A stretch of 64,000 nucleotides of DNA from NCBI GenBank assembly GCA_051010635.1, contig JBPCVJ010000025.1, positions 18,231-82,230 of the forward strand, read 5' to 3'. Shown here piece after piece: positions 50,455 through 59,069 of the stretch. Origin of the DNA: Alphaproteobacteria bacterium (GTDB lineage: Bacteria; Pseudomonadota; Alphaproteobacteria; JASGCL01). The translations under genes were made by a program, and so were the position numbers. Under the pieces are notes generated by a model, which was given only the letters and a program-made list of their open reading frames with translations, had not been told where the DNA came from and ran no database searches. Each line of letters opens with the position of its first letter. Position 1 is the first letter of the stretch.

Positions 50455-52056
50455 TTATGCTAATAATAATTTTGTTTCTGCTTGTTGCGGTGATTGCAAA
50501 ATTTTATTTTTTTCACCCTGCTCAATCACCTTGCCATCTTGCATAACCAAAATATGGTCGCTTAAAGCCCGCACCACATGGATATCATGGCTTACCAACA
50601 GATAGGCAATGTTATGTTCGGCTTGCAAGTTTAATAGTAATTTTATCATGCCTTGAGCGGTGGTTTTATCAAGTGCCGAGGTTGGTTCATCAAGCAATAA
50701 TAATTTTGGTTGTAGCATAAGACTTCTTGCCAAAGATACCCTTTGTCTTTGCCCGCCTGATAATTCGTGGGGATAATGATGCCATAGATGTTCATCAATG
50801 CCAACCGATATCAATAATGTTTCGGCTTGTTTGATAGCCATAGTTTTGCTGATGGTTTTATGTTGTGCCAAGGGTTCAATCACAACATCAATAATAGATT
50901 GGCGTGGTTGCAAAGATGAAAAAGGATCTTGAAACACCATTTGTAAATTTTTGCGAGCATGGCGTAGATTTTTATCTGATAGTTGCAACCAATTTTGCCC
51001 CACCACCGATATGCTACCTGATAAATATTTTCTTGGGTAAAGGCATAACAATGCTTGGCATAGGCTGGTTTTGCCTGCCCCCGACCGCCCAATAATGCCA
51101 AGCGTATGACTTGAGTTAAGAGAAAAATTAATATGATGGAGAATGGTTTTGCTGGTTGGTTCGGTGGTTTTTTGCCAAAAAAATATTTTTTTCTTCGGCA
51201 AGGGTAGGTTAAGTGATAAAGATTCAATTGATAAAATAGTGGTGCCACGGCTGTGGGGTATGGTTTTTTCTGGATAATTCATTTGCCAAAATATTTTGCC
51301 ATTTTCGCTTTGTGGGTGGGTTAAAATTTGCGAGGTGGCACCTTGTTCAATAATTTGCCCTTCGTGTAATAATAATAATTCAGATGTTAAATCATCAAGC
51401 CCCAATTTGTCGTGGCTGATATAAATAATTGATAATTTTTTTTCGCTGATAATTTTTTGCAAAAGGGCAATTAATTGTTTTTTGACATATTGGTCCAGAG
51501 CGGTGGTGGGTTCATCGGCAATCAAAACCTGTGGTTCGCCAGCTAAAGCCATTGCCAACAGGATGCGTTGTTTTTGTCCGCCCGAAAGTTGATGGGGATA
51601 ACTTTGCCAAAAATTATCTTGGGTGTGAAAACTAGGTAGAGATAATTCATCGCAAAGCCTTATCATAAAATCATGATGATGTTTTTGTAAATGGGTTAAG
51701 CTGCGGCTGGTTATCATGGCATTGGTAAATTGTCTGCCCACGGGATGCAAAGGGTTGAGGGCAGAATGGGGTTCTTGGAACAATACACCAATGTTTGACC
51801 CACGAAATTTGCCGCGTTTTTTAAAATCGGCAGTTGGTGATTTTTCACCAAAACAAGTTATGCTACCATCGCCAGTGAATTTTTGATAGGGCGATAATAA
51901 TCCAGGGATAGCCATTGCCAATAATGTTTTGCCCGCCCCCGATGCCCCTACCAACCCCACGCCATCACCTTTGGCAAGGGAAAAAGAAATATTATCAAGT
52001 AATTTTTTTTCTTTTAGCCATAAAGAAAGATTCTTGACCGATAAAAGATTTGTCAT
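50455..52056 (-). CDS. ABC ATP-binding protein with two fused nucleotide-binding domains (Dpp/Opp/YejF-type)
   Basis: It has two complete Walker A, signature and Walker B sets (GASGAGKT...LSGGQKQR...ADEPT and GRSGAGKT...LSGGQRQR...LLDEP). There is no transmembrane domain. Confidence 0.7.
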   Translation of the reverse strand: MTNLLSVKNLSLWLKEKKLLDNISFSLAKGDGVGLVGASGAGKTLLAMAIPGLLSPYQKFTGDGSITCFGEKSPTADFKKRGKFRGSNIGVLFQEPHSALNPLHPVGRQFTNAMITSRSLTHLQKHHHDFMIRLCDELSLPSFHTQDNFWQSYPHQLSGGQKQRILLAMALAGEPQVLIADEPTTALDQYVKKQLIALLQKIISEKKLSIIYISHDKLGLDDLTSELLLLHEGQIIEQGATSQILTHPQSENGKIFWQMNYPEKTIPHSRGTTILSIESLSLNLPLPKKKIFFWQKTTEPTSKTILHHINFSLNSSHTLGIIGRSGAGKTSLCQALLCLYPRKYLSGSISVVGQNWLQLSDKNLRHARKNLQMVFQDPFSSLQPRQSIIDVVIEPLAQHKTISKTMAIKQAETLLISVGIDEHLWHHYPHELSGGQRQRVSLARSLMLQPKLLLLDEPTSALDKTTAQGMIKLLLNLQAEHNIAYLLVSHDIHVVRALSDHILVMQDGKVIEQGEKNKILQSPQQAETKLLLA

Positions 52057-52068
52057 CAGCTTATATTG

Positions 52069-52803
52069 TTATGATTCATAATATATTCTGATGCGGGTGA
52101 TATTATCACTTTTGCTTGCCGCCACCATTGCCAAATGGCAAAGCAATGATACCGCACTTGAACGGGGTAGGAAAAACAAAGCTTCATCGCCCTGATAAAA
52201 AAGATAGATCGGTTTGGTTAAAATGCGAAAATGATAAAAATTATCACTCTCGGTGGTGTGGGCAATGAAAGCCGATAAAAAATCATTCAGGCGTTTTTTG
52301 CCTCTAACCCTTATCAATTGCCACCCCGCCCCCGCTGGGGTGATAAAAGGGCTTGGCGATTTTTTTTGCTGGGGTTTATATTTTTCCATATAAACCATCG
52401 CCGTATTATGGTGAAGCCGCATAGTTAGGATGCGCGATTTTTTTATTGCCCGTGATGACTGGTAATAGATATTTTGTTTGATGGTTGCGATCGGGCGGGG
52501 GGCAGATATTTTTGCCAATAAACCATTTAAAAATTTTTCTGGTTTCAAAATATTATCAGGTGCGATAAGCAATTGTAAGGCTTGGTGGTAAAGCGGTGCT
52601 AAACCTTCAATCAATAGACCATGATTGATGATGGCATTGTCGCTTTGATGTTTATCAAAATAATCATTTATCGCTGGGGCATTATCACGCCCGCGGTCTT
52701 GGCGGTCAAGGCCATGAAAACCATTAAACCAATAATCGCCACCCGCCAATAATATAAGTGGCGAAGTGGCATTGGCTTCGAGCAAGGGAGATTTTTTTGC
52801 CAT
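52069..52803 (-). CDS. Hypothetical protein
   Basis: This is a 244-aa ORF packed between the SoxA-like gene and the ABC ATPase on the same strand. I recognise no family. The only distinctive feature is the block LILLAGGDYWFNGFHG near the N-terminus. Confidence 0.3.
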   Translation of the reverse strand: MAKKSPLLEANATSPLILLAGGDYWFNGFHGLDRQDRGRDNAPAINDYFDKHQSDNAIINHGLLIEGLAPLYHQALQLLIAPDNILKPEKFLNGLLAKISAPRPIATIKQNIYYQSSRAIKKSRILTMRLHHNTAMVYMEKYKPQQKKSPSPFITPAGAGWQLIRVRGKKRLNDFLSAFIAHTTESDNFYHFRILTKPIYLFYQGDEALFFLPRSSAVSLLCHLAMVAASKSDNITRIRIYYES

Positions 52804-52810
52804 AGTTTTT

Positions 52811-55800
52811 TTATTCTTCTTTGGTGGGTAGGCTTAATTGGTTATAGGGCACGATGGTGGCTATTTGATAATTTTTAAATAATGGGTCGGCTATCATAAC
52901 ATCCATACCGAAGGGGTCTTTCCATTTGCCAGATAATTCATCTAACTTTGGGGCAACATAGCCTAAGGCGATATATTTTTTTTGTAAGGGGCAATAGGTG
53001 GCAGTGGTTATATGACCAATGCCATGTCCTTGTGCCAAGGGTTCTTTATCAATTTCTTGCACGATACTGCCACTTCTTATGATGCCGCGGTGATGACCAA
53101 ATTCTAATGCGTCCCTACCACGCAATGTTGCCACAAAGCCACATAGCCGTTGGCGATTTTTTTGCCACAAGGCATCTTTCATAGCTTCATCACGACCATT
53201 GAATTTTTTTTTGCTGATATTTTCATCAAGCCTTAGGTCGTATAATCCATGTGTGCCATCAATTTCGCTACCTGTATGGTGGTTGCCCTCGCCCTTTAAA
53301 AGCCGCCAATAATCCATCGTGCCTTGCCCTAAACCAAAAGCTCTGCTGTTCATAGCATTTAAGATGGTGGCAATAGTGGGGATAGAAATAATTTTTTTAC
53401 CAGATGTTGTGGTGGTTTTTTTATCAAATAATTCATCAGTGGTATTATCATCGGCTACCATTTTCCATAATGTTTGATAAAGCGCTGCCGCTTGGTGTGA
53501 AGCACAGGTGATTTCTATATCGCCAATCGAGCCACCAATATAGTAATTTGGTAAGAATCGTCGCCGTGATAATAACAAATAAAACCCTTGCCAATTGATT
53601 TGTTTTGCTTGATGTAGCGGGCAATGTTTTATTAAAAATTGTCTTGCCATCTGGTCTAATTTTTTATTTTGTTCATTATTAAAACTATGGGGTAGGGTAA
53701 AATCCTTCCCCAATAATTGTTCAAGAGACTTTTCTAAAAAATTTTTATCAAGAAACTGGCTGATAAAAACACCTACCCCTCGCCCGATAAGGCGTAATGT
53801 TGCCAGCTGTTCGCTATTGTCAGATACGGCAATAGGGAATTTGCTGGAACGAGCGATGGTTTTGATGATATTGATGATTTGGTTATATTCGCTGGAGCTG
53901 GTGGTGGTGGTGGTACCAAGTGGCAAGCTGATGCTGACCTTATCGCTATTTTCAATGATAAATCGCCCCCGTGCTATAACCAATCCATCATGGGGGTTGA
54001 GTAAAGTTAAACTGCCTGTTGTGCCAATTTTTGTGGTGGTGATTTTGGTTGCCGATAGGAATTCTAAAAAATTGATCGCACCTTTGCCAATGATAGCCAT
54101 GCTGGTGATGGCGGAATTATCGGCAAAGCCAATACCGCTTATCAGATTTTTCTTTTCATCAATCATTGATTCGGTGGCATCATCGCCATTGTGATAGGGA
54201 TAATAATGCGGTATTTTTTTTTCGTCTTGTAGCAAACAATGGGCACCATGGTCGTTGCCGATATTATTTTCGGGGTGAAAGGCAATTTGAAAAAATTTTG
54301 GGCGATGGGTTAATGGGTAAAGTGGCATTTCTTCCTTGATGGTGGATTGGTTAAAAAATCTTTGCCCATCAAGCGGCAAGGCGGCGATGGTATCAAGTGC
54401 GGTGGGGTGGCTGTTGGCATGTAATTCATCAAAAATATTATTTTCTTTTATCATCGCTTCCATCATGGCGGGGGAGGAATTGATTTTTATTTTATTAGGG
54501 TTGAGCGAAGATTGGTTGCCATAAATATAAGCCAAACCCAAAGATAACGACCCTAACCCACGATTAAAACCAAACCCCAATTTGCTATAGTGTTTTAGAC
54601 CAAAGGGCGTTTGATAACCGCTATGAAAAGCACCATAAAGATGTTCTAATTTGACATCATATTGATAATCAAGAAAGCTGTTGCGACCCAAATGGCTAAT
54701 ATCAGGTAGATAACGATGCGGCATAATAGAAAAACCATGATGATGGTGATGGCGAGGTTGGGTTGCCAAATCTGTTGCTGATTTTTTTTCACCAAAGAAA
54801 TCGCGTAAATTTTTGGCAACCGAGCGTGCCATATCCATCAGCTGTGGATGATGGGGTTGCTGGTCGCTTGGCAAGCAACCACCGATAGCACCTATCAAAA
54901 AAACTTGCGGTGGCCAATAATTTGGCACATAGGCTTGTAATGTTTCTGACCAGATGAGATAATCGCCTTCGGTTTTATTTTTTGGCAATAATTGTGTAAA
55001 TAATGATAGGCGGGGTTGAAAACCACCGCTGACCAATAAACAATCGCTATTGAAAATTCTTTCGGTTTCGGCTGATAGGGCTTCATCGGTTTGGTCGGGG
55101 CGTGCCAATATAATTTTATTGGCAGGTGGTTCGCTGTTATCTATAATTTGATTTGATTTTTTTTTGTTGGGCAATGGTTTTTTAAGGCTGGTGGGGTGGT
55201 TATCGCTGGTGATGGTATTTTCTGTGGTGGATGAATGTTCAGCCAATTGTTTCACCGCCAATAATGAAGCAACGCTGGGGTTATCGGTGCGAACGATACG
55301 CCCAAGTATTTTGGCAAGTTTGCCGATACTATTGGGGAAAAGAGTCGGGGCGGATTGGGTGTAAAGGGCACGGGCTTTTTTAGGATAGTAAAATTCATAA
55401 ATAGATACCCCGCTTTGATTAGCCAAATGGTGCATATCAGGGTGAATATTTTTTCTAATATCTACCACCGCTGATATATCCACCCCTGCCGTTTGTAAAT
55501 AATGTAAATGGTGATAAACGCTATTGTTGTTGGTTATAATCACAGCATGATGACCAGGCTTTACCCCATGGGTGGTAAGTAAATTGATGGCATTGTTAAA
55601 CCCCATCACCCCCGGTATATCATTATTGTCAAATGGTAATAATTGTTCGCTTTTGCCAGTTGCCAATATGACCGCACGGGTGTGAAAAATATTTTGTCTT
55701 TCATGCCACACAAAACTATGCGGGTCTGTTTGGTTTGTTTTGTGATGGCTGACGGCAATGATTTCAATAATATCTTCATTGTTTTTTTTCATTATGGGGT

Positions 55801-56746
55801 TGGTTAATCGCTTGGCATTGGTGGCAGTGGTATGAAAAAACCATTTGATGCGTGTATCACGGCGCATAGCATTGATAGATTTTTTGGCAATAGCTGTCAT
55901 GTGATTGATGGTGATGGTTTCTGCTTCATTGGATAATAGGGCGATGGATATTTTTTGTTTGCCAATGCTTGCTAGAAAAGATTGTAATGCCGCCGCCGCT
56001 GCCCCACCACCACCGATAATAATAAGGTCATAGCGGTGATGCATTTTATCATTTAATACAGTTTTTAAGGGGTCTTTTTGAAATGATTGAAAGGCGGGGT
56101 TCACCATTGGTGCTGGTGCATAACCTACCATTTGGCGTAGGAAGCCTGCCCAAAATCCGCCACTGGTGGTAGAGAAATTTTTGCCCGAAAAACTATTCAT
56201 CAGCCCCAGCGAGCGATGGTCTTTGGCGTTTTGGCTAGATTGATCGCCAATTTTTTTGGATAGATGCGAAGGGTCAAAGATATTTGCTGGCAAGGCATTG
56301 ATGGCTTCACGGGTTTTATTTAAAAATTGCACGGTGGAAAATTTGTCGGGGTGGCGGGTGCGGCTCAATTTCATGCCATTCACCAGTGGCAAGTTGGCAA
56401 CCGCAATAGATGGTTCAAAACCATGATAGGCTTGTTTGCCAAAGGCAACAAAGCCATTGCTTTCATAAAAATGGTCTATCATCATACCACGGGGGCGATG
56501 ATAGATTAAAGACCCTGCCAAGAATTTTTGATTATTGGCAAGCAATGCCGATGCCAAATGGTCGCCTTCAAATGCATGGTATTTTTTTTCATCAAGAAAA
56601 AATTCTATGCGGCGTCTTCTATCAATCGCTACACCAAAATAATACCCTGCTTCCAATGTTTGTGGTTTGGCACGCAAGTCATTGGTGATATGGTTGGTGT
56701 TTTTTGCTTGTTTGCTATGCTGGTTATTGGTTTTTTTTATTTTCAT
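52811..56746 (-). CDS. Sarcosine-oxidase alpha-subunit-like protein (SoxA family) with low-complexity insertions
   Basis: This is a 1311-aa ORF. It has a SoxA-like N-terminus (FEGDHLASALLANN..YHRPRGMM), an FAD/NAD-binding motif (LIIIGGGGAAAAAL) and a C-terminal aminomethyltransferase-fold (GcvT-like) domain. It carries poly-His (RHHHHHG), poly-Thr (TTTTSSS, KKTTTTSG) and other inserts. Confidence 0.6.
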   Translation of the reverse strand: MKIKKTNNQHSKQAKNTNHITNDLRAKPQTLEAGYYFGVAIDRRRRIEFFLDEKKYHAFEGDHLASALLANNQKFLAGSLIYHRPRGMMIDHFYESNGFVAFGKQAYHGFEPSIAVANLPLVNGMKLSRTRHPDKFSTVQFLNKTREAINALPANIFDPSHLSKKIGDQSSQNAKDHRSLGLMNSFSGKNFSTTSGGFWAGFLRQMVGYAPAPMVNPAFQSFQKDPLKTVLNDKMHHRYDLIIIGGGGAAAAALQSFLASIGKQKISIALLSNEAETITINHMTAIAKKSINAMRRDTRIKWFFHTTATNAKRLTNPIMKKNNEDIIEIIAVSHHKTNQTDPHSFVWHERQNIFHTRAVILATGKSEQLLPFDNNDIPGVMGFNNAINLLTTHGVKPGHHAVIITNNNSVYHHLHYLQTAGVDISAVVDIRKNIHPDMHHLANQSGVSIYEFYYPKKARALYTQSAPTLFPNSIGKLAKILGRIVRTDNPSVASLLAVKQLAEHSSTTENTITSDNHPTSLKKPLPNKKKSNQIIDNSEPPANKIILARPDQTDEALSAETERIFNSDCLLVSGGFQPRLSLFTQLLPKNKTEGDYLIWSETLQAYVPNYWPPQVFLIGAIGGCLPSDQQPHHPQLMDMARSVAKNLRDFFGEKKSATDLATQPRHHHHHGFSIMPHRYLPDISHLGRNSFLDYQYDVKLEHLYGAFHSGYQTPFGLKHYSKLGFGFNRGLGSLSLGLAYIYGNQSSLNPNKIKINSSPAMMEAMIKENNIFDELHANSHPTALDTIAALPLDGQRFFNQSTIKEEMPLYPLTHRPKFFQIAFHPENNIGNDHGAHCLLQDEKKIPHYYPYHNGDDATESMIDEKKNLISGIGFADNSAITSMAIIGKGAINFLEFLSATKITTTKIGTTGSLTLLNPHDGLVIARGRFIIENSDKVSISLPLGTTTTTSSSEYNQIINIIKTIARSSKFPIAVSDNSEQLATLRLIGRGVGVFISQFLDKNFLEKSLEQLLGKDFTLPHSFNNEQNKKLDQMARQFLIKHCPLHQAKQINWQGFYLLLSRRRFLPNYYIGGSIGDIEITCASHQAAALYQTLWKMVADDNTTDELFDKKTTTTSGKKIISIPTIATILNAMNSRAFGLGQGTMDYWRLLKGEGNHHTGSEIDGTHGLYDLRLDENISKKKFNGRDEAMKDALWQKNRQRLCGFVATLRGRDALEFGHHRGIIRSGSIVQEIDKEPLAQGHGIGHITTATYCPLQKKYIALGYVAPKLDELSGKWKDPFGMDVMIADPLFKNYQIATIVPYNQLSLPTKEE

Positions 56747-56749
56747 TTT

Positions 56750-58114
56750 TTATACCGCCTTTTCATACATAAATTGTCCCTTGTGAAAACGCTGAAAATG
56801 ATATTGTTGGGCACTGGGGTGAGGCTGGTTGGTGGCTAATAAATGTGCCATTGCCATAGCGGCAGCAGGGGCGATGGCATAACCATCGCCATCAATTCCG
56901 CTGATGATATATAACCCGTTTTTATAAAATAATTTATCAATGATAAGGCTACCATCGCAAGATGATAAAAATGTTTGATGCCATTTGGTAAGGATCTTAA
57001 CCCGTTTGAGAGCAGGTATTAATTGCACAGCAACCCGTGCCAATGTTTGGCTTAATAAAGATAGGTTATCGGCATTGTCTATTTTATCAAGATGGGTAAA
57101 AAATTCATCGCTGTTGTTGTTGGTGGTGCTCAGTGGTTGGCGTATAAATAAACGCAACCAAACATTGCCCAATTCGCCTTGCCCGATGAAAGCCGAAGCC
57201 ATACCGCCCGCTTGCCCCGCCACACCGCCTATGGTTAAGGGGCAATGGATAATTTTATCTATCATGGGGGATAGGCTTTCTGATAATAATTCTATTTCTT
57301 GTGCCGCCATAAATGGCCAAGCACCATTTGCCATTGTTTTGCCAAAATGAGCTGTCATTTCCTTGCCAAAGAATTTTTTTATATCAGGGTTGGTGGTGAT
57401 AAAATTCGCCCCGCCATCGGTCATAGCCAAGACAATTTTTTGTCCTTGGATATGATAGGTTTGATTATGTTTGCTTATTTTTATACCATTTGAGCGATGT
57501 TTGCCAAACACAAGTTCTTTGATATTGGCATTGTCAATAATTTTTACCCTACGGGGTGATAGGGCACGCCAAAAACCATAAAAACTTGCCATTGGATTAA
57601 AAAAACCTGCACGCCCTTGATATAAACCTGCCAAGATAGAAAAACGGGCAGTATCAGAAAAATCCATCAATGGTAAGATGCGGCGTAATTCTGCCAATTC
57701 TAAATAATCGGCATCAATGCCATGCAGACGCATTGCATTGCCACGATAACGGGCATTTTTTATCATGCGATCATTTAATAATATATTAATTAAGCCCGGT
57801 TGGGATAACATAACATTATAGCCCAATTCGTGGCTTAAGCCTTCCCACAATCTTAGATTCATTTCAAAAAAATCGGTATTGGCGGCGACTTGATAATTTG
57901 AATGCACCATCGCCCATTGCCGATTTTTTATGCTTGCCCCCAATGATGTTGGGCTGACGATGATGATATCTTCGCCATCATGGTTTTGCGATAAATAATA
58001 AGCCAAAGCCAAAGCCATGATACCATCACCGATGATAATGACTTGATGATTGGTTTTTATGAATTGTTCGGTGATATCATTACTTATCAAATATTGTTGC
58101 AGGTAAGGGGGCAT
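56750..58114 (-). CDS. Sarcosine-oxidase beta-subunit-like FAD-dependent oxidoreductase (DAO family), atypical dinucleotide motif
   Basis: This is a 454-aa ORF. It resembles SoxB/glycine-oxidase-type enzymes in the block AMVHSNYQVAANTDFFEMNLRLWEGL. The N-terminal dinucleotide-binding motif reads IIIGDGIMALALAYYL (GxGxxA) rather than the canonical GxGxxG. Confidence 0.55.
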   Translation of the reverse strand: MPPYLQQYLISNDITEQFIKTNHQVIIIGDGIMALALAYYLSQNHDGEDIIIVSPTSLGASIKNRQWAMVHSNYQVAANTDFFEMNLRLWEGLSHELGYNVMLSQPGLINILLNDRMIKNARYRGNAMRLHGIDADYLELAELRRILPLMDFSDTARFSILAGLYQGRAGFFNPMASFYGFWRALSPRRVKIIDNANIKELVFGKHRSNGIKISKHNQTYHIQGQKIVLAMTDGGANFITTNPDIKKFFGKEMTAHFGKTMANGAWPFMAAQEIELLSESLSPMIDKIIHCPLTIGGVAGQAGGMASAFIGQGELGNVWLRLFIRQPLSTTNNNSDEFFTHLDKIDNADNLSLLSQTLARVAVQLIPALKRVKILTKWHQTFLSSCDGSLIIDKLFYKNGLYIISGIDGDGYAIAPAAAMAMAHLLATNQPHPSAQQYHFQRFHKGQFMYEKAV

Positions 58115-58135
58115 GATATTTAAAAAAGTTGGTAT

Positions 58136-58903
58136 TTAGATTATTTTTATAACAGGCTTCGCTTGATTTTTATAGTCTATCTTTTTTGATATTGCTATAT
58201 GATAGTTGGGCGGCAGGTCTATGGTGATGAATGATAGATAGGGTAATTGATGGGTTAGCGATTTGTTTAAACTATCTTTTATGGATAAATGATTATCGTT
58301 TAGGTGATAAAAAAATGCCAAAATGGCACGCAAAACACCATCATGTGCTATTAGGGTTAATGTTTTTTCATGGCGGGTTTTTAATAATTTGATGAGAGAT
58401 TTGGTGCTACGCTGATAAAGGTTAAAAAAACTTTCGCTTAAATGATGTTTGTCGGGTGGGGGTGCATGGTTGATACAATCTTGCCAAAATTGGTCATAGG
58501 CTGATTTATTATTTTTTTCAATTTGGTTATAGGTCAAACCTTGCCAGTTGCCAAAATGTTGTTCACGAAAATTTTTATCTAAAATAAGGCAAGGCGGCGG
58601 TGTGCCGCTTGGTTTATATTGCATCAGCTTGGCGGTAAGATGTGAAAAAGTCTGTTTGACTCGCAATAGGTCAGAACCTATAAAAAATATATTATCTAGG
58701 CTATCGGTTTTGGCGGTGATAGATTGTGCCAAAAAATCATAACGCTGTGCATTAAACTGGTTTTTGGAATTTATAATCGGGTAATTCATTTGCCCCAAAA
58801 TAATACCATTGATTTTTTGTTCGGCAAGATGATGGTCGGGGGGGAAAACCACTTGGTCGTGGCGTAGAAGAAAAATTTTTTCTACAAAACTATTAAATAA
58901 CAT
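58136..58903 (-). CDS. Histidine phosphatase (phosphoglycerate-mutase-like) family protein
   Basis: This is a 255-aa ORF with an N-terminal RH-containing motif (LLRHDQ) and a C-terminal His block (LIAHDGVLRAI), consistent with the branch-1 histidine phosphatase fold. Confidence 0.4.
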   Translation of the reverse strand: MLFNSFVEKIFLLRHDQVVFPPDHHLAEQKINGIILGQMNYPIINSKNQFNAQRYDFLAQSITAKTDSLDNIFFIGSDLLRVKQTFSHLTAKLMQYKPSGTPPPCLILDKNFREQHFGNWQGLTYNQIEKNNKSAYDQFWQDCINHAPPPDKHHLSESFFNLYQRSTKSLIKLLKTRHEKTLTLIAHDGVLRAILAFFYHLNDNHLSIKDSLNKSLTHQLPYLSFITIDLPPNYHIAISKKIDYKNQAKPVIKII

Positions 58904-58975
58904 ATCAAAAAAGCTTTCTTGCTCTGCTACAGGTTTTCAGTTATAGATGCCAAACTTAAGATAAATGATATGAAA

Positions 58976-59049
58976 GGTGCGATGGCGGAGTGGTTACGCA
59001 GAGGTCTGCAAAACCTCATACGCCGGTTCAATTCCGGCTCGCACCTCCA
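58976..59049 (+). tRNA. tRNA-Cys (anticodon GCA)
   Basis: I folded a cloverleaf by hand. It has a 7-bp acceptor stem (GGTGCGA/TCGCACC), a short 3-bp D-stem as is common in tRNA-Cys, and a 5-bp anticodon stem GAGGT/ACCTC. The anticodon loop is CTGCAAA. The T-arm is GCCGG-TTCAATT-CCGGC, the discriminator is T, and CCA is encoded. Confidence 0.8.
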
Positions 59050-59069
59050 TTTTTTTAAGGTGCGTTTTT

